DNA from: a virus
Lineage: Duplodnaviria > Caudoviricetes
Virus record (IMG/VR): IMGVR_UViG_3300012953_000067
Coordinates: 1-40,765 of that record
DNA length: 40,765 bases
Reading direction: 5' to 3' (one strand)
In this document: positions 1 through 11,700 of the stretch, piece by piece
Layout of the letters: every line of letters starts with the position of its first letter
How positions within the stretch are numbered: the stretch's first letter is position 1
Notes under the pieces: generated by a model
The model's input: the letters and a program-made list of their open reading frames with translations, nothing else
Databases searched by the model: none
What the model was told of the DNA's origin: nothing
Made by a program: the position numbers and the translations under genes

Positions 1-1
1 C

Positions 2-178
2 TATCCAAACAACAGAATGAGGATCTATGATAATAGTCTTACTCCTGAGAAACCTAATATTCCTGATTTTAAAGTGTCAACGGTGTATTATCAGGTAGAA
101 AACGGTCATGATCGTGATGGATTGGGGTCAGAAGAGAATTATTTCTGGAAAACAGCAAAAGAAAGAAAAGAAGAATAA
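2..178 (+). CDS. 3' end of a hypothetical phage protein (5'-truncated by window)
   Basis: Manual translation of frame 2: YPNNRMRIYDNSLTPEKPNIPDFKVSTVYYQVENGHDRDGLGSEENYFWKTAKERKEE*, stop TAA 176-178, immediately followed by a terminator. Confidence 0.75.
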   Translation, partial: YPNNRMRIYDNSLTPEKPNIPDFKVSTVYYQVENGHDRDGLGSEENYFWKTAKERKEE

Positions 179-184
179 CATAAG

Positions 185-205
185 ACCCCCAAAAGGGGGT
201 TTTTT
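185..205 (+). terminator. Rho-independent terminator
   Basis: ACCCCC-AAAA-GGGGGT hairpin followed by a T run, a few nt after the upstream stop codon. Confidence 0.85.
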
Positions 206-213
206 AATGCCTA

Positions 214-221
214 TCTAAATA
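214..221 (+). promoter_or_regulatory. T4-type late (gp55) promoter variant TCTAAATA
   Basis: One mismatch to TATAAATA; intergenic, just after the terminator and about 20 nt before ATG 243. Confidence 0.65.
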
Positions 222-242
222 TATTAGGTAATAAAAGTAAAA

Positions 243-419
243 ATGACTAACAATCCTAGTCGGGATCCCTTTACGAACTCCTATTTTGATAATGTGAGAC
301 CAAAAACACCCTCCAAACAAGTACTTACGGAGGTAATGCACGATGTTCCAGACGATTACGAAGGTGAATATACTGATCCTAACTGGAGAAACGTAAAAAA
401 TACCGAAAAACCATTATAG
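243..419 (+). CDS. Small hypothetical late protein, 58 aa (below ORF-track cutoff)
   Basis: Manual translation MTNNPSRDPFTNSYFDNVRPKTPSKQVLTEVMHDVPDDYEGEYTDPNWRNVKNTEKPL*; fills the gap between the late promoter and gp25. Confidence 0.65.
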   Translation: MTNNPSRDPFTNSYFDNVRPKTPSKQVLTEVMHDVPDDYEGEYTDPNWRNVKNTEKPL

Positions 420-422
420 ATA
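415..422 (+). promoter_or_regulatory. Possible late promoter variant TATAGATA upstream of gp25
   Basis: One mismatch to TATAAATA, overlaps the TAG of the 58-aa ORF, about 22 nt before ATG 445. Confidence 0.45.
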
Positions 423-444
423 TATGTAAAGTATAGTAATTTTA

Positions 445-846
445 ATGGCAGTCCAAATTTCTCGTGCATTTAAGGATATAAGTTTATCTTTTACACGAAG
501 TCCTATCACTAATGACGTTGTTTCTCTTCGGAATGAGGATGCTATTAAGAAATCTGTCATAAATTTATGCCGAACTCGGTTAACAGACAGGTTTTTTAAC
601 GAATTACTAGGTACATCTATTGAAGATGCACTATTTGAGTTGGTTGGTGATGATATTGGTGTTACTTTGGAAGAAGAAATTAAGTCTCTACTTAATAATT
701 TCGAGCCAAGAATCAAATTAACTCAAGTTAACATAGAAGATAGTATAGATGAGAATGGATTATATATTACTATTCGTTATAATATCGTTGGATTACCTTT
801 TCCCGAACAAAATATAGAGTTTCTCTTACAACCTAGCAGAATATAA
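445..846 (+). CDS. gp25: Baseplate wedge subunit gp25 (GPW/gp25 family)
   Basis: FKDISLSF...AIKKSVINL...RFFN.LLGTSI...LFE...FEPRI motifs; TAATG-coupled to gp6. Confidence 0.92.
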   Translation: MAVQISRAFKDISLSFTRSPITNDVVSLRNEDAIKKSVINLCRTRLTDRFFNELLGTSIEDALFELVGDDIGVTLEEEIKSLLNNFEPRIKLTQVNIEDSIDENGLYITIRYNIVGLPFPEQNIEFLLQPSRI

Positions 847-2762
847 TGGCACTCAATCAGTTTACTAACCTAGATTTTAACGATTTACGCACTCAGATCA
901 AAGATTATCTGCGAGCTAACTCAACTTTTACTGACTTTGACTTCGAGGGATCTAATTTTTCCATATTAATTGACACTTTAGCATATAATTCCTATATTAC
1001 TGCCTATAATACCAACATGGCAGTCAATGAATCGTTCATTGATAGTGCTACTTTAAGGGAAAATGTCGTTTCTTTGGCAAGAAACATTGGTTATGTACCA
1101 AGATCGAAGAAATCTTCGGTTGCAAAAGTAAGTTTTAGTGTAGATGTAAGTGGTATAAACGCAAAAACAATTAAATTACATAAAGGAATAGTCGCAGTAG
1201 GTAATGTTCAGAACGGTTCTTATATGTTTTCGATACCTGATGACATTACTGCCAATGCAGATGTCAATGGTTTGGTAACTTTTGACAATATTAGTCTATA
1301 TGAAGGTACTCTTCTTACAAAACAATTCCCTGTAGACTCGTCACAAACTGATGCAAAGTACATTTTACCTAATGTTAACATAGATACATCAACAATTAGA
1401 GTAGAAGTACTCAATGCTGCTGGAATTAATGAGACTTATAATAAGTATGAGAACATTTTCCAAGTAGATAAGGACTCTAGATTGTTCTTAGTACAAGAAA
1501 TTGATGATGAAAAGTACCAGTTGCTGTTTGGTGATGGAACTTTAGGTAAAAAAGCAGGTTCTACTAAATCAGTTCCTAGTGGTCACGGTAGTACGATAAA
1601 GGCAAGTTATATTGTGACAAATGGAGAAAGTGGTGATGGAGCTGCCAATTTCGTATTTTCTGGTAAATTGACTTATATGTTGGGTGGTGGTGATACTGAT
1701 ATTACTTCTGGAGTATCTCTTCTAACCACTGTACAATCGTCTGAAAACGGTTCTGATATAGAGTCCTTAGATTCCATCAAATACCTTGCTCCGAGGGTCT
1801 ATGCGTCTCAACAGAGAGCAGTAACAGCGAATGATTACATTAGTTTAATTCCAACTCTATTCGGAAATGTGGAATCTGTGAGTGCATATGGAGGAGAGGA
1901 GTTAGATCCTCCTGAATATGGTAAAGTTTATATTACTATAAAACCTAAAAATGGTGAATTTATATCAGATGTATCTAAAACAGCAATTAAATCTGGACTA
2001 AAACAGTACACTGTTGCTGGAATTAAACAAGAATTTATCGATCTTAAGTATCTTTATGTTGAATATAATTCTACAGTCTCTTATGATCCAGGAAGAGCAG
2101 AAGCTTCTGAAGGATTAGCATCTAATATTAAAGCTTCGATTGAAGAATATTCAAAATCTAGTGATATCAATCAATTTGGTGGTAGACTAAAGTATAGTAA
2201 ATTACTTAACATTATTGATAGAGTCAGTGATTCAGTAACTTCTAATATTACTGTTCTTAAAATGCGAAGGAATATGGTTCCTGTATATAATGCATTTGCT
2301 AGTTATGAGTTATGTTATGGTAATAAATTCCATGCAGATCAAGAAGGATTCAATATAAGGTCTTCTTCCTTTAAAATAGAAGGAGTTGAGGGTAATATTT
2401 ACCTCACAGATTTTCCAGATGATGAAACAGGTGCTACTGGGACAATAAAATTCTTTACCATTGTCGATGAAAAACCTAATTATATCAACAATAATGCAGG
2501 TATAGTAGATTATATTAAAGGTGAAGTAAGACTCTATCCTATATCAATTTCTTCTACTTCACTTACAAATAGAATAGAAATTGAAGTTATTCCTGAATCC
2601 AATGATATTGTTGCAAAACAGAACCTTTATATTGTGCTAGATACTACAGCAAACAGTAAATTGACATTATTAGAAGATATCATTACTTCTGGTTATAATA
2701 AGTCTGGGGTTACTTACGTTCCACCATCAAGTTTTGTCAGCACTACAAAATATACAAGATAA
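846..2762 (+). CDS. gp6: Baseplate wedge subunit gp6
   Basis: LDF...DFDFEGS...LAYNSY...ESFIDSATLRENVVSLARNIGYVPRS, FGDG, QQRAVTANDY; 638 aa. Confidence 0.95.
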   Translation: MALNQFTNLDFNDLRTQIKDYLRANSTFTDFDFEGSNFSILIDTLAYNSYITAYNTNMAVNESFIDSATLRENVVSLARNIGYVPRSKKSSVAKVSFSVDVSGINAKTIKLHKGIVAVGNVQNGSYMFSIPDDITANADVNGLVTFDNISLYEGTLLTKQFPVDSSQTDAKYILPNVNIDTSTIRVEVLNAAGINETYNKYENIFQVDKDSRLFLVQEIDDEKYQLLFGDGTLGKKAGSTKSVPSGHGSTIKASYIVTNGESGDGAANFVFSGKLTYMLGGGDTDITSGVSLLTTVQSSENGSDIESLDSIKYLAPRVYASQQRAVTANDYISLIPTLFGNVESVSAYGGEELDPPEYGKVYITIKPKNGEFISDVSKTAIKSGLKQYTVAGIKQEFIDLKYLYVEYNSTVSYDPGRAEASEGLASNIKASIEEYSKSSDINQFGGRLKYSKLLNIIDRVSDSVTSNITVLKMRRNMVPVYNAFASYELCYGNKFHADQEGFNIRSSSFKIEGVEGNIYLTDFPDDETGATGTIKFFTIVDEKPNYINNNAGIVDYIKGEVRLYPISISSTSLTNRIEIEVIPESNDIVAKQNLYIVLDTTANSKLTLLEDIITSGYNKSGVTYVPPSSFVSTTKYTR

Positions 2763-2765
2763 GAC

Positions 2766-5700
2766 ATGCTCGATAATAATAAAGTAAAAATCTCTAATAT
2801 TCTTAGTAGCCTAATACCAGATTTTATTGAATCAGATAACCCCAAATTCAAAGAGTTTTTAGAGCAATACTATATTTTTGAGGAACGTGAATATGGTACA
2901 ACGAATATTGCAGATAATTTATCAGAATATAAGAATATTACTACATTATCAGATATTGAAACAGTAAGAGCACAAACTATTCCTGCACCTGGAACACTTG
3001 TCCCACCACAGGTAGTTGCTGTTACTGTTGATGTACTTTCATTTGATGATACTATAAACGTCACTCATACCAAGGGTTTTCCAGATACCTATGGTCTTTT
3101 AAAGATTGATAATGAAATAATCACATATACTGGAAAAACTGCTACTTCCTTTACTGGTTGTGCTCGTGGATTTAGTGGTATTAGTGCTATTGAGACACAA
3201 GGTAATCCAGAATTTCTAACTTTTAGTGAAACTGAATCAGCTGAACATACTGCTGGAACTGTAGTATTAAACCTTGGATTTGTTTTTCTTGGTCAATTTT
3301 ATAATAAGTTTAAAGGACAATTTTTACCAGGAGTAGAGAAAAGACCATTTGCTTCAGGTCTTGCTGTTGAGAATATCTTAAGTAGAGCAAAGGATTTCTA
3401 TACATCTAAGGGAACTGATACTTCCATAGACCTTTTATTCAAAGTTCTATATGCTAAAGATGTAATAATAGACAAACCTTTCAATAATACCATATCTGTT
3501 TCTGATGCCGAATGGCAGGTTAGTGATGAAATAATGGTAGAAGCATTGACAGGTAATCCTATGAATCTTAAACTTTACAGTTTATATCAAGGATCTGCTA
3601 CTGATTTTTCTACTAGTCCAACTGCAACTGGTGCAATATCTAATGTAGAAGAAGTATTTTTAGGATCAAAGACATATCATAGGATATTTTTATCAAGAGA
3701 TACTGTAGAAAATCAATTCCATGTTAATAATAGAACAAAAGTACTAGAAAAGGGCATTACTGAATCTGTAGTAACAGTAGATTCTACTGTTGGATTTGGT
3801 AATACTGGGTTCTTTTGGTATCCAGATGCTCTTGGGACACATAGAAAAGTTGAATATACTTCAAAATCATATAACCAATTCTTTGGTTGTGTTGGTATAG
3901 CAAGTACAAGTTTAGGAAAAAATACTCCAATAATTGGAGATCAGTTTATTTGGGGTTATGAAAATAACGATTTGGCAAAGGTTTGTCAAATGAGAGTGGT
4001 TGGTTCTGTTGTAGATGCTCCCAAAAATGAGATTGAAGGTACACAATTCTATTCCCCAGCTGATAAAATTGGTGTAAAATTCCTTGGAGACACTATTGAT
4101 GAGTCTGATGTTAGATTTAATAAATGGATTTATAACAATTCTATAGATTTTGATGTAGTTATTACTCAAACTGGACCTGGAGGAACTGAAATATCTGGTA
4201 TTGATGTTAATAATAAGATTATTACTACTATTGACAAGCATTCAGTTAAGAAATTATCTTATGCTACTATTGACGTATTTGAGAAGTTTACTGGAAAAGT
4301 TCTTGACACTAATGTAAAAGTAACTTCTATTACTGATAATACTATTGGTTATTATGGTAATGGAACGCAGGGAATACTTAAAAATGGAGTTCCAGTTGTT
4401 GGGACACATTATACAATTAGATATAATTTAAGAAGAACAACACCATCTATTGGATTAGACTACTTATTATCTGATGTTCCTAATACATTTGTAGATAAAG
4501 AAGAAAATTGTATTGCTGCATTTTCTGGATATCCATCTGGTGACTTTAATACTACAGATAGGTCAAAAACCTTTACTTCAAATGATTTTGGTCTTGTTGG
4601 TTCTGGTATAACAATAACAAATCATGAATTTTTACAAGGAGAAAAGGTATATTATCAACCATTAACAGCATCTACTGGAGTAATAGGTGCAAATGAGAAT
4701 AGAAGTGGAATAGATACAGGAATTTACTATATTAGTGTCGTTGATGATGATCATATAAAACTTTCTCTAACAAGACAATCGATATTTACTAATGACACTT
4801 TATGGGATATAACTCCACAATCACCAGCTGTTGGGTTCCCAACTGGAACTGGAACAGATGAACATAAAATCACTCCATATTCATTATATGATGGTAGATC
4901 GTTAAAAAATCAAAATAATTTAAAGAGAATTAGAAAAACTCCTGTAGATGCGAAAAATAGTAAAAATATCGTTGGATCTGTCGGAGTAGCAGTAAATGGA
5001 CTAGAATTACACTCTGCGTTATCGGATGATTCTGTTTATTATGGTCAAATTGATAAAATTAATGTTTTTAGTCCAGGTAAAGAGTACAATATCATAGATC
5101 CACCTAATGTTTCTGTTGCAGATAGTGTTGGTAGTGGAATTAAAGCAAATGTTCATTTAGGAAATGGATATATTTCAGATATTGTCTTAACTAGTTCTGG
5201 GTGGGATTATCAAGATATACCATCTGTGACAATAACTGGTGGTAATGGAACAAATGCTGAATGTGAAGCTAAAATGAAGTATGTTACACATTCATTATCA
5301 TTTAATGATACTTTTGTTGATGTAAATTTACTCGTTGGTGATTATGGTAGGTTTAATCTTTCTAAAAACCATAAACTTTTGCAAGGAGAAGCAGTAACCT
5401 ATAATGTAGATCCTAATGGAAATCCAGTTGGTGTTGGTAGTACTAATGTTGGATTATCTACTAGTGTATTAACAAATGGTGGAACTTATTATGTAATTAA
5501 AAACAGTAATACTAGTTTTTCTCTTGCATTGACTAAAGAAAGAGCAGTTGCTGGTATTAATACCATTCAATTTACAACTGATGGGTCTGGAATACACAAA
5601 ATAACAGCAAAGAGAAAGAGACGTATTGTAGATACTGTAACTGTAAAAACTCCTGGTAAGAATTTTGCATATAATAAAGTTGATATTGATTCTTATAAGT

Positions 5701-8700
5701 ATGCTCCAAGTACACAAGTTGGTATATTAACTACATTTACAGGAATTAGTACTGAAAATAATTACATATATGCAAGAAATCATAATTTCAAACATGGAGA
5801 TGTAGTAACTTACTCTCATAATGGAACTACGATTTCTGGTCTATCAACTGCATCATATTACAAATTGACAGTTATTGATAGGGATAATTTCAAGTTAAGT
5901 GAAGCTGGAACTGCAACTAGTATCAGTAATCATAATTTTGATAATAAAATTTATAGTGATTTAACAACTATTGGTGTTGGTACTCATACATTTACATATC
6001 CAGATGTAAAAGTAACAATAGAAGGTATAACTGCTGTTGGTATTGGAAGTACCGTACTTCCTTCATATCTTAATGCTACTGCATATGCTAATTTGAAAGG
6101 AAGTGTGAGTAATATATTCATTAAACGTGGGGGAATAGGATATGGGTCTTCAACTATAATTAATCATATCAGACAACCAAATATTACTCTACAAACAGGT
6201 CAGGATGCTAGAGTTGGTTGTATTGTTGACGTTAATGGTGCTGTTGTTGCAACAGTTATTAATGATCCAGGAAAAGATTATTCAACTCCACCAATTTTAA
6301 AAGTTATTGGTTCTGGGGTATTTGCAAAATTGAAAGCAAATGTCGTTGATGGTAAGATAGATTCTATTGATATTATTGATGGTGGAGTTAAATATACTTC
6401 AGGACAAACAATTATAGAAGTTCTTCCTGCAGGATCTGAGGCATTATTTAATGCGGATGTACATAAATGGACTATTAACAATGTACAGAGATATTCTCAT
6501 ATATTAAGTTCTACAGTATATCAAGATACTGTGCAATTGAAATCTACCACAAAGGAAAAAGGTAATAAAATATGCTCATTCTATCCCCAAAAGCAACTTA
6601 GGATGGATTTGAATGATAATTTGAATAGTGATAAGACTGAAAAGATATCTGACTTGCAACATTCTCCAATTATTGGTTGGGCTTATGATGGTAACCCAAT
6701 TTTTGGACCTTATGGTAAACCACCAGGAGTTGGTGTTAAGAAAATGCAGTCTAGTTATAATATAGATGCAGTATCTGATTCTAACTTAAGACCACAGTAT
6801 GGTAATGGTTATTTTGTTGAGGATTATTTCTATGATCAAAATAGTGGAGATTTGGATGAATACAATGGAAAATATTTAACTCCTGGTGAAAGTGATGATT
6901 TTCCTAATGGAACATATGGTTATTATGCTTCAATACAAGATACTCCAACAACAACTCCAACTTTCCCATATTTACCATTTAGACATTATAACGATACTGA
7001 TGAATTTAACTATGAATTATTGAGAGATCAGAGTGATATTTACATCAACACTGGTGAATATAAAAGAAATGTTACTAATTATGGTTATAATGTAGATAAT
7101 ACAAGATATAGTTTCCATGAAGACCCATTAGGATCTAAAACACTTTTAGAAATAGAGGAAGTAAGATCTGCTGGTGTTACTAGTGTTAGCATAGATGTTG
7201 CAGGAGATAAGTATAAAGTTGGTGAACTTGTATCTTTCTCTAATCCATCTTCTGTTAGTGGAACTATCAAAGAAATTGCTGGTAAGCAGATTGAAACAAT
7301 TTCTTTAACAGAAACAGCTATTAGGAATTTAAAATTTCAAGTTATAGAAAATCAAGTAACTGCATTCAGCACTGTTCCTCATAATTATCTCGATAGCGAA
7401 ATAGTACAAATTTCTGGAATTAGTTCAGCACTATTCAATCATATTGAAGGTACTAGAGTTGTTGGTGTCAAAACTGTTACTACAGCACTTTCAGTCGGAC
7501 TTGCTAATACTGTAAATACTGGACTTACAACCTTCATAAAACTTTCAGAATCTACTATATCTGATAGATTTAATATTGGAGATGTACTTAAACTTGGTAA
7601 TGAGCAAATGCGTATTCTTGCCAAGGATCATTATAATAACAGATTTAGAGTAGCAAGAACACAAAATGGAACAACTGCTGTTGGATCGGGTATAGCAGTT
7701 GGAACTGCTGTTGAAAAAGTTCCTCATGAGTTTACATATAAAGTTAAGAAAAAAGTAAAAAATAAGAACTTAAAATTTAGTAGAAAATATAATTTTGATG
7801 GTGAATTAGCAGTTGGTATAGGAAGTACAGTAAAATCAACCATTGTTGGTTATTCTGGTATTAGTACCATTTACAAATCTATACCACAAGGTGCAATTTA
7901 TCTTCCTGGACATCAATTCAATACTGGTGATGAATTGTCTTATGTTGCTTATGGTAGTACAATAAAATATGCTAATAATACTGATTTAACTCCAGAACTT
8001 GATTTAGCAGGTATTGGTTCCATATATGCTATTAAATTTAATGATGAATTTATAGGTATAACAACTGGAAATAAAGTTGGAATATCATCTGATAATGTTG
8101 GATTTACTACTGTATTGAAATACTTTACTGTTGCTAGTGGACATGATCATAGATTTGAAACTATTGAAGATAATATTACAGGAGAATCTAAGAGAGTACA
8201 AGCAACTGTTGCTGTTAGTACTTTTACTGGACCTCATGGATTATCATTAAATGATGATATTACCTTTAAAATTACTCCAGATCTAACACAAACTTATGCA
8301 TTTAAGTTTGATGACACATTTAACAAGTTAGTAACTAATCATATTGGATTTACTACCAATTTAGTTGGCGTTGGAATAGGTACAACAAATTCATTAATTA
8401 ATCTTACTAATCATGGATATAATACTGGTGATCAAGTCATTTATACTGCTGCAAATCCAATAGCACCATTAGTAAGTAATAGAATCTATCATGTCATAAA
8501 AATATCTGATAGTGAGATTAAGTTAGCCGCAAATAATTATAATGCAACCAATAAGGATCCATATGACCATATCTATTTTACAAATTCAGGTAGTGGTAGT
8601 CAACAACTTGCTAGAATACATCCACCTTTACAATTTTATAGAGGAAATACTGTAGAATTTGATGTTTCAGACCCTAGTTTATCTGATTTTGATATTAATT

Positions 8701-11700
8701 TCTATTATGATGAAAAATTTGAATCTAGATTTGAATCGGATTTGATTAAAAAACCAAGTGCAAGTGAATTTGGTAATACTAGTGCATCTTCTAAAATTAC
8801 TATTGATGTAGATGAAACCTTCCCACAAATTCTTTATTATAAACTTGAAGGTACTGGACCAAAATATACCAGTACATATCCATCATCTGTAGACACTGAA
8901 GTACCAAATCATTCTAAAATAAAGATTGTAGAATCTGATTTAAATGGAACTCATAGAATTGCTGGTATTGCAGAAACTACATTTACTGTAAGTTTGGTTG
9001 GTAGTGCAGAAACAACTTCATATACATCTTCTGGATTTAGCACTGCCATTTATAGCACTACTTCTGCTAATGCTAGAGGAGGTATACATTCATTAAAAGT
9101 TGTTAATAGTCTTCCTGTAGATACTTTACCTAAAGTAGTTTCTATTGCAACTACTGCTGGATCTGCAGCAATTTTTTCAGAAAGAGGTGATGATATTGGT
9201 GAAATTTTGAATGTTGGTGTTGTTAATCAGGGCGTAGAATATTCAAGTGATAAAACTTTGGCACCTAAAGCTGATGCATATACTATTTTGAAGTTGAAAA
9301 ATGTATATACATTAGAATCTGTTGGAATAGTAACAGGTGGAAATAATTATACATCTCCACCAATAATAACATCAATTGGTAACCCTTCTATTCTATGTTC
9401 TGCATCTATATTAGGAAACTCAGTATCTGATGTTGAAATATTGGCAAATGATAGTGGATTATCTAAAGATTTACAGATGATACCCACTGTCAATTCAAAT
9501 GGTGTTAAAGTTATAAGTGCAAGTTCTAATTTTGCTGTTAATACTCTATTTTTAAGAGCACCAGTTACTGGATTTACTACTTTTCCATTCATAGTTGGTG
9601 ATGAAGTTTATATTGAGAATATAAACATAACAGATAATATGGATGGATACAATTCCAGTGATTATGGTAATAGAAACTTTATTGTAACTGAAGTTGATGA
9701 AACTGGTGGACAAGAAAGTATTAAGTATTCAATTGCTGGTATTGGAAGCACTGGTGGAATTTATGATACTAATAATGCTTTTGGTAGAGTAGTAAAAATT
9801 GATGATTTAGCAATATTCAAACCAAATCTAACAAAAGTTGAATTTGTCGAAGGTGAAAGAATAACACAAGATAATGGTGTTTATGGTTATGTTGTAAAGG
9901 ATGGATGGGATCCTGATGCACAAACATTGAAAGTTAAAGGTAATAGAGGAAAATTTGTAGCTGATCAAAAAATTACTAGTTCTTTGAATAATTCCAAATC
10001 TATTATTCAGACTGTTCATGACTATGATTTTAATTTAACTGTAGATAGTATTGCTCCAAAATCAACTGATTGGGAGACAGATAAAGGTAAGTTGAATTTT
10101 GATAGTCAGAGAATACATGACAATGATTATTATCAAAGATTTTCTTATGCAATTAAGGGTGAAGTCCCATATGAGACTTGGAAAGAACCTATTAGAAGTT
10201 TAGGTCATATATCTGGTTACAAACCATTTGCGGACTATGAAGTTCTTAATGGATTGGGTACTACTGTTGGATTTGGTACAGCAAGTGGAGATGTTTTATT
10301 AAATGTTGAAATGATTAGTGAATCTTCAGTTCATGACAGATATTATTATGATTTTGTATCTGATGATACGCCTAATCCAAACTTAACTAAGATTATTACC
10401 TTTGGTTCTAAGACTCTTACTGATTATAGTGAATCTAGATCAAATAAGGTTCTTTTACTTAAAGATATTGGAGATCAATTTACTGGACAAACAAGAACAT
10501 ATACTGGTGAGCATAAGTTTATAAGAAGTGATGGTGCTGATAAAATTAGTAAGGTTTCTGGTGGAAGTGGTCAATTAACCGCAACACAAGGAACCAGTTA
10601 CGATGCATCTACTGGTGTATTGACTATTGTTACTACTACAGCACATAAATTAGTTGCTGGTGCTACTATTTCTATGGCAGATTACTCTTTGGTGTTTAGA
10701 TGTGATTTGGATGCGTTTATGACTGATCATCCCTATCCTCGTCCAACAGATCCTGCATCTACTTCAAATAGTAAATTTAATAACGGTATATTAGCAATTG
10801 GAAATACTACCGAGACTTCATTTGATGTTACAGTTAATAATCCTATAGAAGGTGGTCAAATTGTAGGATTGACAACTTTTGCACTTTATACTATTGGTGA
10901 TGCAGATACATTAACATCTGCTGCTAGTACTGAAAGATTATTCTATAAAACAGTTCAACCTGGCATTGGAGTTAGTGTTAATACTAATACGATAACTTTA
11001 AATGGTCATAGTTTTAGTAATGGTGAACCATTAGAATACTCTTCAAATGGTGGAACCAGAATAGGAATTGCTACAGCAACTATAGGTGCTGGTACTACAA
11101 CATTCTTACCAGATAAACTATACGCAATAGTACCTGTAACTGATGGAGTATTGGATCAAAAAGACTTTACAGTGGCATCTTCTTTATCAAATGCAAATGC
11201 TGGTATTGCTCTTACTATTACTAGCATTGGTACTGGAAATACTCATACTTTCTCTGTACCATCAGAACTTGCTACTACAAGAACAGTAATAACCATTGAT
11301 AATATCATACAAAGTCCATTAACAAGTAAAGTTGCTATTGGAATTTCATTATCACAAGCTGTTGGAGTCGGAACAACTGCATTGTGGTTGCAAGATATAT
11401 CTAAGATTGAAAGTGGAACTTTATTAAGACTTGAACAAGAAATAATGAAGGTGAATACTGTTGGTGTAGGGTCTACAAACTCATTAAACGTTGATAGGGG
11501 TGTGATGGGTACTGTAGCAGTTGCACACACTGTTGGAGCAGGTTTAACCTATCTTACAGGTGATTATAGAATAAAGGATGGAAATATTCACTTCTCAACA
11601 CCTCCATATGGACCAACAGGAGTCAGTTCAAATACTACCAGATCGTCATTTGATGGAAGAGCATTCTATAGATTAGATTATCAGTATAATACAGTATTTG

